Positions 50,755 through 61,320 are shown, counted from the stretch's first letter. The stretch is 64,000 nt of DNA from an uncultured Acidobacteriota bacterium (GCA_963796275.1 CAWCKY010000001.1:1260662-1324661); one strand, 5' to 3'. Notes: a model not told the origin generated them from the letters alone. Program-made: numbers and translations.

Positions 50755-52390
50755 ATGGCAAAACAAGTAATTTATGGTACGGAGTCGCGCGCTGCGATTT
50801 TGCGCGGCGTCAACCAACTCGCCGACACGGTCAAGATCACGCTCGGCCCGCAGGGGGCGCAACGTCGTCATTGACAAAAAATTCGGTTCACCGACGGTTA
50901 CCAAAGACGGCGTGACGGTTGCAAAAGAGATTGAGTTGAAAGACCCGCTTGAGAATATGGGCGCACAGATGGTGCGTGAGGTCGCCTCGAAGACTTCTGA
51001 GATGGCGGGTGACGGGACGACTACGGCGACCGTACTGGCCCAGGCGATCTTCCGCGAAGGCGTCAAAACCGTGGCGGCGGGTGCCAACCCGATGGCTTTG
51101 AAGCGTGGCATCGGTAAAGCCGTTGAACGCGCGATGAAAGAGATCAAGCGTCTCTCGAAGCCTGTCACAGGTGAGGCGATCACGCAGGTCGGCACGATTT
51201 CCGCCAACGGTGACGCGGCTATCGGCGGGATCATCGCGAAGGCGATGGAGAAGGTCGGCAAAGACGGTGTGATCACGGTCGAGGAATCGCAGACGATGGA
51301 GACATCACTGGAATTCGTCGAAGGGATGCAATTTGACCGTGGCTACGTGAGCCCTTATTTCGCCACCGATTCAGAGCGCATGGAAGCGGTCTTGGATGAT
51401 CCCCTGATTCTGCTTCACGAAAAGAAGATCAGCTCTATGCAGGACCTCTTGCCCCTGCTCGAGCAGGTCGCCCAGAAGCATCAGTCAATGTTGATCATCG
51501 CGGAAGACATCGAAGGCGAAGCGCTCGCGACATTAGTCGTCAACAAGCTGCGCGGCACGATAAATGTCGCCGCGGTGAAAGCGCCCGGGTTCGGTGATCG
51601 CCGCAAAGAGATGCTCGAAGACATCGCGATTCTGACGGGCGGGAAGGTGATCAGCGAGGACCTCGGTATGGAGCTTCGGAAGGTCAACCTGGAAGACCTG
51701 GGCCGCGCCAAGAAGGTGATGATCGACAAAGACAAGACGACCATCGTGGAAGGTCGCGGCAAGCGGGCCGAGATCGAAGGCCGCGTCAAAATATTGCGCG
51801 CGCGAACTGAAGACTCCACGTCTGACTACGATCGCGAGAAGTTACAGGAGCGATTGGCGAAACTGGTCGGCGGAGTGGCGGTGATCAAGGTCGGTGCAGC
51901 GACCGAGACGGAGATGAAGGAGAAGAAGGCGCGCGTCGAGGACGCGATGCACGCGACCCGCGCCGCCGTCGAGGAAGGCATTGTGCCGGGCGGTGGTGTG
52001 GCTTATGTTCGGGCAGCCGAGGTGCTGAGGAAATTCAAGATCTACAAAGATGGGGAAGGTGACGCTGACGAACAGATCGGGGTAAATATCGTCAGGCGGG
52101 CATTGGAAGAGCCGCTGCGGTTGATCGTGCAGAATGCCGGCAGGGAAGGCGCGGTGATAGTGGAGCGTGTCCGGGGCGAAAAGAACGAGAACGTTGGGTT
52201 CAACGCGGTGACAGAAGAGTTCGAAGACCTGGTTGAGGCGGGCGTCATTGATCCGACCAAGGTCACACGCACGGCGCTGCAGAACGCGGCGTCGATCGCG
52301 GGCTTGATGCTCACCACAGAGGTGATGATTTCAGAGATTCCTGAATTCGGTAAGGCTCAGGCGCTACCCGGCGCTGAAATGGGCTATTAA
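50755..52390 (+). CDS. groEL: Chaperonin GroEL (one-base frameshift near 50851)
   Basis: MAKQVIYG...TVKITLGP / [41 protein letters not shown]; no GGM tail. Confidence 0.96.
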
Positions 52391-52402
52391 CTGAGGTGAA
52401 CG

Positions 52403-52705
52403 ATGATTGAAAGTGACCTGGCGACACTGATTAGTAGCGTGTGCCAGGACATAGGTGAAATGAAAGGTATTGAATTTCACCCTCAAGCCACCTGGGGTAT
52501 GCAAGTGCCTGGGAGATGGGAATCAGACTACCGACTGAGGCGGCAAGGACATTCCACGGTGATTTTATCTCACTGGTTCAGTATGGACATGCTACTGCGC
52601 GAAGAAGTCATTTTGCCCTGGGCGTTCCCGCCCACACTGGAACAGAGTGAAAAATTCAAAAGCGACATCGGTGCTAAGATAGACCAGATGATGAAATGGC
52701 TATGA
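52403..52705 (+). CDS. Hypothetical protein
   Basis: GAGG RBS, ATG 12 nt after the groEL stop. Confidence 0.65.
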   Translation: MIESDLATLISSVCQDIGEMKGIEFHPQATWGMQVPGRWESDYRLRRQGHSTVILSHWFSMDMLLREEVILPWAFPPTLEQSEKFKSDIGAKIDQMMKWL

Positions 52706-52751
52706 CCACGCCTGATCGCACGGAAAAGAATATGACCGGGACAAATGGAAG

Positions 52752-52930
52752 ATGACAGCATCTGTTGACTCGAATGCTAAATCGAGAAAGGCCACCAAAG
52801 GAGCACGACGCCGGGTGGCTGCCGGTAAAGCGGCAACTTTCGACCGCAGCAAATATGCAACTCTGCTTTCCCGCGCTCTCCCAATGGTGATCACAACCAA
52901 GGCCGAATACGATCAGAAAATTACTGAAAA
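52752..52930 (+). pseudogene. HigA-like antitoxin N-terminal remnant
   Basis: FDRSKYATLLSRALPMVITTKAEYDQ; HTH part missing. Confidence 0.5.
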
Positions 52931-53092
52931 GACATCTATGGACGAAGCCTTCTCCTGTTTATCAACTCGACATTCATCTCTTGGCGAAGGTCGGTTACCA
53001 GTGGGTACTGCAAGGCCGCCTCAGACCGAAATCCAGGCTCCGAGAGAGAATCAGAAGCAGTATGGCCGCAGCTCTCAACCTAAGCGCGGGAG

Positions 53093-53223
53093 AGTTTCGC
53101 GACCAGTTGAGAAATGACCGATAACTCCGTGCCACAAGATCGGCAGAAATTTTGATCCGTTGAAGCTATTGTTCCACAAGTAGGGCAATGCATAATGGTC
53201 TCCCAAGCCATGACCTTTTCGGA
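53093..53223 (-). repeat. Inverted repeat arm 2 (zinc-ribbon gene fragment)
   Basis: Reverse complement of 48541-48672. Confidence 0.9.
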
Positions 53224-53437
53224 CGGCGCATTCCCGAATATCCGTGCCAGACTGGCTTCGTGCGCCGGTTCCATCGCAATGCGATTCTCAGTGGCCACAA
53301 TCACTCGAAGCCGCGGTGGAGCGTCATTGGTGAATGAGAAGGAGTAGAACCAGCGACAATGGAAAGTTTGCTGTGTCGAGCAGGTAAGCCGTCTGGTTAG
53401 AGCTCTCACCAAGCCTTAGGATAACTCTTTTCAACCT

Positions 53438-53481
53438 CGTCCAATATTGAACGGAAAACCCACCCAAAGTCAGCCTATCAT
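53438..53481 (+). promoter_or_regulatory. Operator plus -10
   Basis: CGTCCAATATTGAACG, 22 nt, TATCAT. Confidence 0.65.
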
Positions 53482-53642
53482 TGGCAAATGTAATCAGGAG
53501 TCGGAGTCGGCGATTGTCCAGCTAACATTCTGGCGACTAGACCATATTGGCGATGACTATTACCGGAATGCGCCGGGGACCCCGCGAAGTGCGAGTCGAG
53601 TCTGATCTGAAGGCGAAACATCAATTTCACTCAAGGAGAATT

Positions 53643-54092
53643 ATGCAACCGACAACAAAGGGAAAACTCGAATCAGGTAAACCCACAGAAGTAAACCAAG
53701 GCAAGGGACAAGGCGCCGCCAGTTCTCCTGTCGAGCAAATCAGCCATTTTGCTGGTGACGAATCACAGTTGGCTGTTAGTGGGAACTCGGAAGCGGATCG
53801 CGCCGAGGTCGTTGATCAGACCAAACAGGTAATCACCGGTACTTACGAAACGGCGAGCAAGACGGTAAAAGACACTTATGACAAAACCAGCCGGACTGTG
53901 AATGAGACCTATGGCCGGGTAAAGAGTTACAGTCGTGAGAACCCCGGCACCGTGACACTGATTGCCTTTGGCGCCGGGATCGGAGTCGCCATGTTGCTCT
54001 TCGGCAGCCGTAACCCGCGCAGCAGAGCCGGACGCATTGTGCCGCCCATGATGGATGCGCTCAAGAATGTGGTTTCAACCCTTCTCCGCTAG
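53643..54092 (+). CDS. DUF883/ElaB/YqjD-like tail-anchored stress protein
   Basis: AAGGAG RBS; helical repeats then RENPGTVTLIAFGAGIGVAMLL. Confidence 0.72.
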   Translation: MQPTTKGKLESGKPTEVNQGKGQGAASSPVEQISHFAGDESQLAVSGNSEADRAEVVDQTKQVITGTYETASKTVKDTYDKTSRTVNETYGRVKSYSRENPGTVTLIAFGAGIGVAMLLFGSRNPRSRAGRIVPPMMDALKNVVSTLLR

Positions 54093-54145
54093 GAGCGACT
54101 TAACTGAAGGCGGGCAGAGTCCTTACGAAAACCTTGAGCAGATAG

Positions 54146-55069
54146 ATGAAACAAACAATCATACATGCGGTTTTCTTGGTGTTGACGATCACACTGTTTA
54201 AGCCCGATGTGATGACTGCTACTAGCTGGCCACAAATGCAGACTCGAGTACCTGATAAGCCATCACCGCAGCGGTCACAAAATCCACAAACCGCGCCGGC
54301 CAAGAAAAGAGGCCCAGTGGCGAAGGGTTTATCTGACGCTGAAATAAGAGAAGCCAGAAAGCTTCTGGATCAGCTTGGCTATTGGGTCAGCCTTGAAGCG
54401 ACAGGGAATGATGTCTCGTTGCATCACGCGATAACCGCTCTGCAAAAGATCGAAGGACGAGAGCGGACAGGCATGCTGACCAGGGAAGAGCTCGAAGTTT
54501 TACGCGGCGCTCGAAGGCCGCAATTATTGGAATCGGATTGCCCACGTCTTGAAATTGACCTCGACCGGCAGGTTTTGTTTGTCATTGACTGCGTGGGGGC
54601 AGCGCCGCGCATTTTATCGATCTCATCGGGTTCCGATAAGCTGTTTACCGAAGGTGGTGTGACGCGACGAGCCATTACGCCGACCGGCAGATTCGAGGTT
54701 CATCGCAAGATCCAGGGCTGGCGAAAAAGCCCGCTTGGATTGCTTTACTATCCCAACTACATTTACGCAGGGATAGCCATTCACGGCAATCCCTCGGTTC
54801 CACCTTATCCGGACAGTCATGGTCGCATTCGCATCCCGATGTTCGCTGCCCAAGAATTCAGTGCAATTGCAAAGATCGGTATGGTCGTGATCGTTTACGA
54901 TAACGACCCTCTCACCGAGACTGAGCGCCGCAGCCTGTATCGCGTCAGGGGGAAAAGCGCCGACCTGCGACGAACTGAGGAGGACCGTGAACGAAACGAA
55001 AGTTGTCAGTTTTCAGCGACAATCATCCAACTGAGAACTAAAAACTGGAAACTGAAAAGTATTTTCTGA
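54146..55069 (+). CDS. Secreted peptidoglycan-binding + L,D-transpeptidase (YkuD) protein; catalytic Cys replaced by Arg
   Basis: IDLDRQVL, ISSG, TPTGRF, GIAIHG, SHGRIRI (normally SHGCIR). Confidence 0.85.
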   Translation: MKQTIIHAVFLVLTITLFKPDVMTATSWPQMQTRVPDKPSPQRSQNPQTAPAKKRGPVAKGLSDAEIREARKLLDQLGYWVSLEATGNDVSLHHAITALQKIEGRERTGMLTREELEVLRGARRPQLLESDCPRLEIDLDRQVLFVIDCVGAAPRILSISSGSDKLFTEGGVTRRAITPTGRFEVHRKIQGWRKSPLGLLYYPNYIYAGIAIHGNPSVPPYPDSHGRIRIPMFAAQEFSAIAKIGMVVIVYDNDPLTETERRSLYRVRGKSADLRRTEEDRERNESCQFSATIIQLRTKNWKLKSIF

Positions 55070-55163
55070 TCCTATGTGCTTGCGTTCGGGCTATCGCCTG
55101 CGAGACGCGGTGCAGTCGCGAAAATAAATGATAATCTGATCAAAACAATCATCCGCATGACCA

Positions 55164-55724
55164 ATGGCTGAAAACAGAACCGAGACAGCAAAGAAGTTTC
55201 TGGCAAAAGAGCTCGAAAAGCTCTCTGAGCAGGAGCGTCAGGTAGTCGAGCGATTCATCAGCCGCGGCCGGGTAGCGCGCAACGTGGCGCGCGAGTTCGA
55301 GGAGCAAATGACGTTTGGGCAACGGCTCGCGGATCGCTTCGCTCGGATCGTCGGCTCGTGGCGATTTATCGTCGTTCAAAGCGCCATGCTTGCCGTGTGG
55401 ATTATGGTGAATATCACCGCGTATGTTTATCACTGGGACCCGTACCCGTTTATCCTGCTCAACCTCGCGCTGTCATTCCAGGCTGCATATGCCGCGCCGA
55501 TCATTATGATGAGCCAGAACCGCCAATCCGAAAAAGACCACCTGCAAGCGAAGAACGACTATGAGGTCAATCTGAAAGCCGAGCTGGAGATTATGCAACT
55601 CCACGAAAAATTCAATGAGCTGCGGGACTCTACCTTGATACATCTCGTGCGGATGCAACAGCGGCAGATCGAAATGTTGGAGCAGCTTGTCTCGGTAGAC
55701 CGCAAGCGCGAGCCTAAACCTTAA
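55164..55724 (+). CDS. DUF1003 membrane protein
   Basis: TFGQRLADRFARIVGSWRFI, DPYPFILLNLALS, APIIMMSQNRQ. Confidence 0.92.
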   Translation: MAENRTETAKKFLAKELEKLSEQERQVVERFISRGRVARNVAREFEEQMTFGQRLADRFARIVGSWRFIVVQSAMLAVWIMVNITAYVYHWDPYPFILLNLALSFQAAYAAPIIMMSQNRQSEKDHLQAKNDYEVNLKAELEIMQLHEKFNELRDSTLIHLVRMQQRQIEMLEQLVSVDRKREPKP

Positions 55725-55845
55725 TCTGATGCCGCCCATAAAGAGAGCAATCCCAACGACGCCATCGTTACCCACCAGACCCATCTCGGCGGTTGCGCCG
55801 TCGGTCATGGTATAGAGTAAAGAGACAAGGCAGGTTGGTTGGGAA
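55725..55845 (-). pseudogene. Crp-family gene fragment
   Basis: CLVSLLYTMTDGATAEMGLVGNDGVVGIALFMGG. Confidence 0.7.
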
Positions 55846-55899
55846 ATAGAGATGCTCCATCTGTACATTCGATTCGTAAACGATAACGCCGAGCGCGAA

Positions 55900-56067
55900 G
55901 GATGTCGCGCATCGTGGGCGTGGTTCTAACGGGGTACCTGGATGACGGTACGGCGGGACTCCGAGCTGTGAAGGATCGCGGGGGAATAGCCATCGTGCAG
56001 GATCCGGTGGAACCGATTGCCCCCTCCATGCCGCACAGCGTGCTGCAAAACGTAGATGTGGATTAGA
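55900..56067 (+). pseudogene. CheB-type methylesterase fragment
   Basis: [33 protein letters not shown]...SMP. Confidence 0.75.
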
Positions 56068-56218
56068 TTGCGCTGCTACTGAGGCAACTAGCCCCTCCCC
56101 TTAGTAGAAGAGTACTCAGCATCTCACTCAAATCCGCAGCTTCTGATTTTTCAAACTACATTTTTGTGACCCTTAGCGCATGAAATTTCTCAGGCATCGG
56201 GTGTACCGTCTTTTTGAT

Positions 56219-56261
56219 CGTCCAATATTGGACAGTAATTTATTCCGGGTTGGCTGATCAT
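56219..56261 (+). promoter_or_regulatory. Operator plus -10
   Basis: CGTCCAATATTGGACA, 21 nt, GATCAT. Confidence 0.75.
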
Positions 56262-56634
56262 CAGTGTGGAATCTGAGAATTTAAAAGGAGCGTGATACGT
56301 GCCCAACGCAAAGATTGAACAAGACCCTCCGTGGTTCCACCGCAGGAGCGAAGAACTAAAAGAGGAAGTTGCAGTTCTAGCAGCTCAACTTGCCGAGTTA
56401 GTGCAAAAGGAATCTCCGTTCCTCCGCTATTATTTGTAAGCTAGGTGAGTTCTTCGGTTTTGGAGCTGCTGGGAAGCTGGATTGGCTCGATTCAAGCTCA
56501 ATTTCAAACAGGTAGAATTGGATCGGTTCGAGGCTCAGACTGAGATGCTGAAAGTAGCAAATGAACTCTGTGATACGGTACCTGAGCTCCCATCTAACTA
56601 CAATACCGCTCGCAATCTCTTGAAAGGCAAAAAA

Positions 56635-57015
56635 ATGGCCGAAACCCATTTCACTGACATCATCATCGTTGGTAATAGCATATCTAAATTACCGCGCAGA
56701 GAAGGCAACAACAAAGAAGGCAAAGACCAATTCATTATTACGTTTAGTCTCTCAAGCAGTCCTAGCGGACTCTGGATCGAGACTTTCAATCGGGTGTGGA
56801 AAAAACACGGCGAGCAGACATACTCATTACAATCGCCAATTGTGAAAGATAACCATATTCAAATCATCTGCCCTCTAGACGACCAGCTTCAAGGTCATTT
56901 AGAAGACCTCAAGCGAGAGGCGGCTACAACTAATCAGGTGTACCGGGAACAGCTTCGGGTAACAGACGAAGGGAGAAGCAATAATGATGAGATTCTCCAA
57001 AAACTCAGGTTTTGA
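56635..57015 (+). CDS. Hypothetical protein
   Basis: MAETHFTDIIIVG...LSSSPSGLWIETF...LQKLRF. Confidence 0.65.
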   Translation: MAETHFTDIIIVGNSISKLPRREGNNKEGKDQFIITFSLSSSPSGLWIETFNRVWKKHGEQTYSLQSPIVKDNHIQIICPLDDQLQGHLEDLKREAATTNQVYREQLRVTDEGRSNNDEILQKLRF

Positions 57016-57733
57016 TCGCCGGTCAGCGACTTGCCTCAGGCACATGGTAGGGGTATTTTGCTTGGCGCTGGCTGTGAGCACGGTAGCGCAGGGGCAGGTC
57101 GGGAACAATCTCCAGGATGGGACCAAGCAATCAGGAAAGGCGGCACACGTTTTTCGCGAGATTATGGACATGGCGGACAAATCGATTCCCCTGGATTTAT
57201 TGGATGGCGCTGCGTGTGTCGCGGTCTTCCCTTCGTTCTTCAATGCAGAGGGTGTTTTTGGCGGACGTGGAGGTCGCGGTGTGGTTAGTTGTCGCACGGC
57301 GAAGGCTTGGAGCGCCCCGGCCTTTTTCAATCTGGGTGGCGGCACCTCCGGTCTACAGGTCGGCGCCCAGTCAACGGATTTCGTGATGCTGTTCATGAAT
57401 GAAGATGGGTTGAACAATCTCCTGTCAGGCCAGTTCACAGTAGGTGAAGACGTTTCAGTGGCTGCCGGACCAATCGCCCAGCAGGCCGCGGCTTCGACTG
57501 ATCTGAAGCTCAATGCGCATATCCTCTCCTACTCGCGCAGCAAAGGGTTTTTCGCTGGGCTTGAACTCAAGGGCGTGGTTATTAAGCTGGACAAAGATGA
57601 GATGCGAGACGTGTATGGCGAAGGCGTGACGGCCAAAGAGGTGTTGACGAAGAACAAGGTCACTGCGCCCGTTGCAGTGTGGGCTTTCCCGATTACACTT
57701 TGGTACTACTCTTCTCGCAAAGTTGTAGAGTAA
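56984..57733 (+). CDS. Secreted Ysc84/SYLF lipid-binding domain protein
   Basis: IPLDLL, GGRGGRGVVSCR, WSAPAF, GLQVGAQSTD, SYSRSKGFFAG. Confidence 0.9.
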   Translation: MMRFSKNSGFDRRSATCLRHMVGVFCLALAVSTVAQGQVGNNLQDGTKQSGKAAHVFREIMDMADKSIPLDLLDGAACVAVFPSFFNAEGVFGGRGGRGVVSCRTAKAWSAPAFFNLGGGTSGLQVGAQSTDFVMLFMNEDGLNNLLSGQFTVGEDVSVAAGPIAQQAAASTDLKLNAHILSYSRSKGFFAGLELKGVVIKLDKDEMRDVYGEGVTAKEVLTKNKVTAPVAVWAFPITLWYYSSRKVVE

Positions 57734-57748
57734 AACTAAGGAATAGAG

Positions 57749-58129
57749 ATGAAAATCATCGAGCGTACATTAAACGATATCACAGTTCTGGATCTCGACG
57801 GCAACCTCGCTCTAGAAGGAAATGTACAGTTTAGAAAACAGGTCAGTGCCACTATCGATGCGGGGGCCCGTAAGTTGATCGTCAACTTTGCGAGAGTCCC
57901 ATACATGGACAGCAGTGGGCTGGGTGAGCTCATCTCCTGTTATAGAACTTTGCAGGGGGTGAGCGGACATCTCAAGCTGCTCCATCTCAGTGATCGTTTG
58001 CAAACTCTGCTAGCCATCACGAAGCTCACCAATATATTTGAGACATTCGACTCCGAACCGGCGGCAGTTTCCAGCTTCACCCGAGTTGGCGCGAGTCGAG
58101 CCGAGGGAATCGGCCGAGTTGGCCGATGA
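57749..58129 (+). CDS. STAS-domain anti-sigma factor antagonist
   Basis: VLDLDG, YMDSSGLGEL, ITKLTNIFETF. Confidence 0.92.
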   Translation: MKIIERTLNDITVLDLDGNLALEGNVQFRKQVSATIDAGARKLIVNFARVPYMDSSGLGELISCYRTLQGVSGHLKLLHLSDRLQTLLAITKLTNIFETFDSEPAAVSSFTRVGASRAEGIGRVGR

Positions 58130-58168
58130 CAGCGGACAAGTAATGAGTAGTAGCGCGGAGACACGATC

Positions 58169-58747
58169 ATGATCCAAGAGATTCCTCGAGCTGAACGGTT
58201 CAAACAACGATTGCGCGATTCGTTGATGAACGAGACCCTCAATTCGCGCGCCATTACGATCGCGAAGCACGATCACGTCTACACTTGTGGAGACCAGGAC
58301 GAGATGGTCTACTTCATTGAAAACGGACAGATCAAACTGCAGATACTCGCGCCTGAAGGTATAGAGTACCTGCTGGCCATCCATACGGCGGGAGATATTT
58401 TTGGCGAGCCGTGCCTCTCCGGGTTAGGCTCACGTCTGGAAACAGCGACCGCCATGGAAGAAACGATCTTAAAACAAATACCTTGTTCCAAGTTCTTTGC
58501 GTGGTTAAGCCATGATGCGCTGTTTGAGAGCTTCGTGCAGTACCTGGCGGTGCGGGTTGCCGACCAACAGCAGGTCATCGCCAACCTGGTGATGGTTGAT
58601 AGCAAACAGCGACTGGGCAAGACGCTGCTGCAACTGGCGCGCAAACTCGGCTGGAGGGACCGCAGCGCATCCGCACCGAACTGAGGATTTCGCATTCTCA
58701 TTATCAAAGAAAAGAAGCTTTCTGCTTACCTGGTTCAAATTGCCTAG
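58169..58747 (+). pseudogene. Crp/Fnr paralog lacking the HTH (copy of 60640-61320)
   Basis: Near-identical N-domain; GATTTCGCAT joins directly to TCTCATTATCAAAGAAAAG, deleting ~100 nt that encode EELSEMVGTTRPRIS. Confidence 0.85.
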
Positions 58748-58794
58748 ATCGGGCTGCGTCTGTCTGTGGACCTCGCGATATTTCTTGTCAACAT

Positions 58795-58837
58795 TGTCAT
58801 GTATTGGACAGAAACCCTTTCCGAGTCAGCCTATCAT
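58795..58837 (+). promoter_or_regulatory. Operator plus -10
   Basis: TGTCATGTATTGGACA, 21 nt, TATCAT. Confidence 0.7.
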
Positions 58838-58920
58838 TCAAATGCAAATTGGAGTCAGGTGAAGGCAACAGCGCACCCGACCCGGAGGATGTAATCAAAA
58901 ACCTAAATTCGGAGGTGACT

Positions 58921-59070
58921 ATGCTTTGGATAATCTTCGCTGTACTTGTTGTTCTGTGGTTGTTTGGTCTGGTCGGCGGCATCGGCGGTTCATTGATTCA
59001 CGCGTTGCTTGCGATTGCGTTGGTAGTGTTGCTCTACAAACTGTTCGGCGATCGCCGGACGGTGAGTTGA
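58921..59070 (+). CDS. Small lmo0937/DUF5670-like membrane protein
   Basis: GGAGG RBS; MLWIIFAVLVVLWLFGLVGGIGGSLIHALLAIALVV. Confidence 0.85.
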   Translation: MLWIIFAVLVVLWLFGLVGGIGGSLIHALLAIALVVLLYKLFGDRRTVS

Positions 59071-59877
59071 GCGGGCACGCCAACACTGCGTTATGGCTCA
59101 ACATTCGGTTGAGCCACGACGCGCGCTCGATCGCTAGAAGAAGGATGAAGAGAAGATTACATCTTGCCCGCTGCTGAGCGTCGAAGTGAAACAAGGTTGC
59201 ACTGATTGAGCGGGCGCAAAAAACGGCAAGCACGATTCGGTTAAGGATATCCTTTTCAATTTTTACAACGGAGAGCTTTTCCGCATGGTGGTCACTTATG
59301 ATCCGGATATAAGAGTGTTAGGGCACAGACGTCATTGATTGATATCACTTAAGCTGTCGTTTCTAGGAATATCGTCCAAAGCCATTGTCGGGACAGCAAC
59401 AACACATAGCCCTCCCTCAAATAGCCTCCCCCTACCAGACTGACAGGTACAAATTGCCTGTCGGTCTGGTAGAATTGATTATCTTGACCATCACTCATCC
59501 AGAAGCTACTTTCGAACGTATCCCGCGCCCCATCGAAAATAATCAAACTATAAGCGCGTTGGAGCACAGACGGAGATATTGGTAGAGCTTATGGTGATCG
59601 TTCTTGCAATATTGTCCTGTTCTCAACTATTCACCAGTCTTGAGTTGGGAGTTGAGCGGAGAAGTGGCTAACAGATGTCTCGACACTCTCCACTTAAAGT
59701 TGGCATTCGCCAGTATAGTGGGGAATAGCCGTCTGGATTTATCTACGGCCATCAGTCTCCGCCGATGGCTTGGAAACTATAACGAACGATTCCCGACTCA
59801 AGAGTCTTGTTAAATAATAGTCTTGTTAAATAATAGGTTTACCTTTGGGGGGGTGGACCAATCAAGTAGGATGAAGG

Positions 59878-59965
59878 TGACAACGTAGGGGCCGAACTGT
59901 ATATCTGCCTGATAGCTGTATTATCAACCAAGGTACGCACGCTGGCGCACCCTACGTTGTATCAC
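59878..59965. repeat. GTAG-type REP-like inverted pair
   Basis: ACAACGTAGGG ... CCCTACGTTGT. Confidence 0.5.
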
Positions 59966-60057
59966 TCGATTCAGCTTCCCTTTTTTATAATCAACTACCT
60001 GAAACTACAACGAACCGCTTGCGCGAGCACTCGTTCGGCACCGGCCAAGGAGAATAG

Positions 60058-60516
60058 ATGAAGCTTCCTCCCCAAGATATTCTGCTGGTTGAAGGCCATG
60101 ACGATAGCAGAGAGATGGTGTGTTGGTATCTAACCCAAATAGGTTATCAAGTGAGAGCCGCCTCCACTTGCGTTGCGAGCTTAGCTCAGGTGAGCGTAGG
60201 GCGATTCAATCTCTATTTTCTCGGCGATGACTGCTCAGATGGAACTACCCTTGATCTCTGCCAACAAATTCGGGCGCTCGATGCGGACACGCCCATCCTT
60301 TTTTGTTCGGCCTCGGCCTTTCACGCTGACCGCGAGCGAGGGATGAGGGCCGGCGCGCAAGCCTATCTCACCAAGCCACTTGAGTGGGACGAGTTAGAGC
60401 AGGCCATCGTGCGGTTGATCGGCGAGGTCCGGACCGTGGCAGTGGTAACTCCGCTGGCCCCGGGAGCGCACGAAGGAAGGCACGTTAGACACCGTCTCGG
60501 GCGCACCAGGGTTTAA
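60058..60516 (+). CDS. Single-domain response regulator receiver (atypical)
   Basis: ILLVEGHDD, TPILFCSA, AGAQAYLTKP; LYFLGD where LYLLD is expected. Confidence 0.85.
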   Translation: MKLPPQDILLVEGHDDSREMVCWYLTQIGYQVRAASTCVASLAQVSVGRFNLYFLGDDCSDGTTLDLCQQIRALDADTPILFCSASAFHADRERGMRAGAQAYLTKPLEWDELEQAIVRLIGEVRTVAVVTPLAPGAHEGRHVRHRLGRTRV

Positions 60517-60639
60517 TAGTTCTTCACAATTAATGCGACGTCCTACAAGAAAGTGGCTATGACAGGCAGAGGTCGTGAGGCCGCTCCGGCAAGCAGGCCG
60601 CCGCCTTCATCACCATGAGCATCGAAAAGAGACAAGATC

Positions 60640-61320
60640 ATGATTCAAGAGACTCCTCAAGCGGAACAGTTCAAACAACAAATGCGTGATTCGCTGCGGC
60701 AGGAGACCCTCAATTCGCGCGCCATCACGATCGCCAAACACGATCACGTCTACACCTGTGGCGATCAAGACGAGATGGTCTATTTCATTGAAAGCGGACA
60801 GATCAAACTGCTGATGCTCTCGCCTGAAGGCAGAGAGTGCCTGCTGGCCATCCATACGGCGGGAGATATATTTGGCGAGCTGTGCCTGTCCGGATTAGGC
60901 GCGCGGTTGGAAACAGCGACCGCCATGGAAGAAACGATCTTAAAACAAATCCCTTGCCCTAAGTTCTTTGCGCGGTTGAGCCGCGACGCGCTGTTTGAGG
61001 GCTTCGTGCAGTACCTGGCAGTGCGGATTGCCGACCAACAGCAGGTCATCGCCAACCTGGTGACGGTGGATAGCGAACAGCGACTGGGTAAGACGCTGTT
61101 ACGGCTTGCGCGCACGCTCGGCAAGAAAGATCCGCGTAGTATCCGCATCGAGCTGAAGATTTCGCATGAAGAGCTGTCGGAGATGGTTGGGACGACGCGG
61201 CCACGGATAAGTCTGTTTATGCAGCGATTTCGGAACCTGGGGCTGATTGAGACGAGCGAAGAGCATTTTCTGATCATCAAAGAAAAGAAGCTAATTGCTT
61301 ACCTGGCTCAGATCGCATAG
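60640..61320 (+). CDS. Crp/Fnr family transcriptional regulator (RPRIS recognition helix)
   Basis: YFIESGQIKL, GDIFGE, SEQRLGKTLL, HTH ISHEELSEMVGTTRPRISLFM. Confidence 0.94.
   Translation: MIQETPQAEQFKQQMRDSLRQETLNSRAITIAKHDHVYTCGDQDEMVYFIESGQIKLLMLSPEGRECLLAIHTAGDIFGELCLSGLGARLETATAMEETILKQIPCPKFFARLSRDALFEGFVQYLAVRIADQQQVIANLVTVDSEQRLGKTLLRLARTLGKKDPRSIRIELKISHEELSEMVGTTRPRISLFMQRFRNLGLIETSEEHFLIIKEKKLIAYLAQIA

Noticed and set aside
50293-51276. 327-aa minus-strand ORF and other long antisense ORFs (e.g. 36881-37861, 44295-45110)
   Set aside because: Antisense shadows of groESL, CHAT and symporter genes in GC-rich DNA.
59600-59620. Ninth TGTCC-N6-GGACA site (TGCAATATTGTCC)
   Set aside because: Only the CAATATTG core matches; the outer arms do not, and no target gene follows.
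59803-59834. 16-bp tandem duplication AGTCTTGTTAAATAAT x2, and GCTACTGAA x3 near 61950
   Set aside because: Short slippage duplications with no supporting context.
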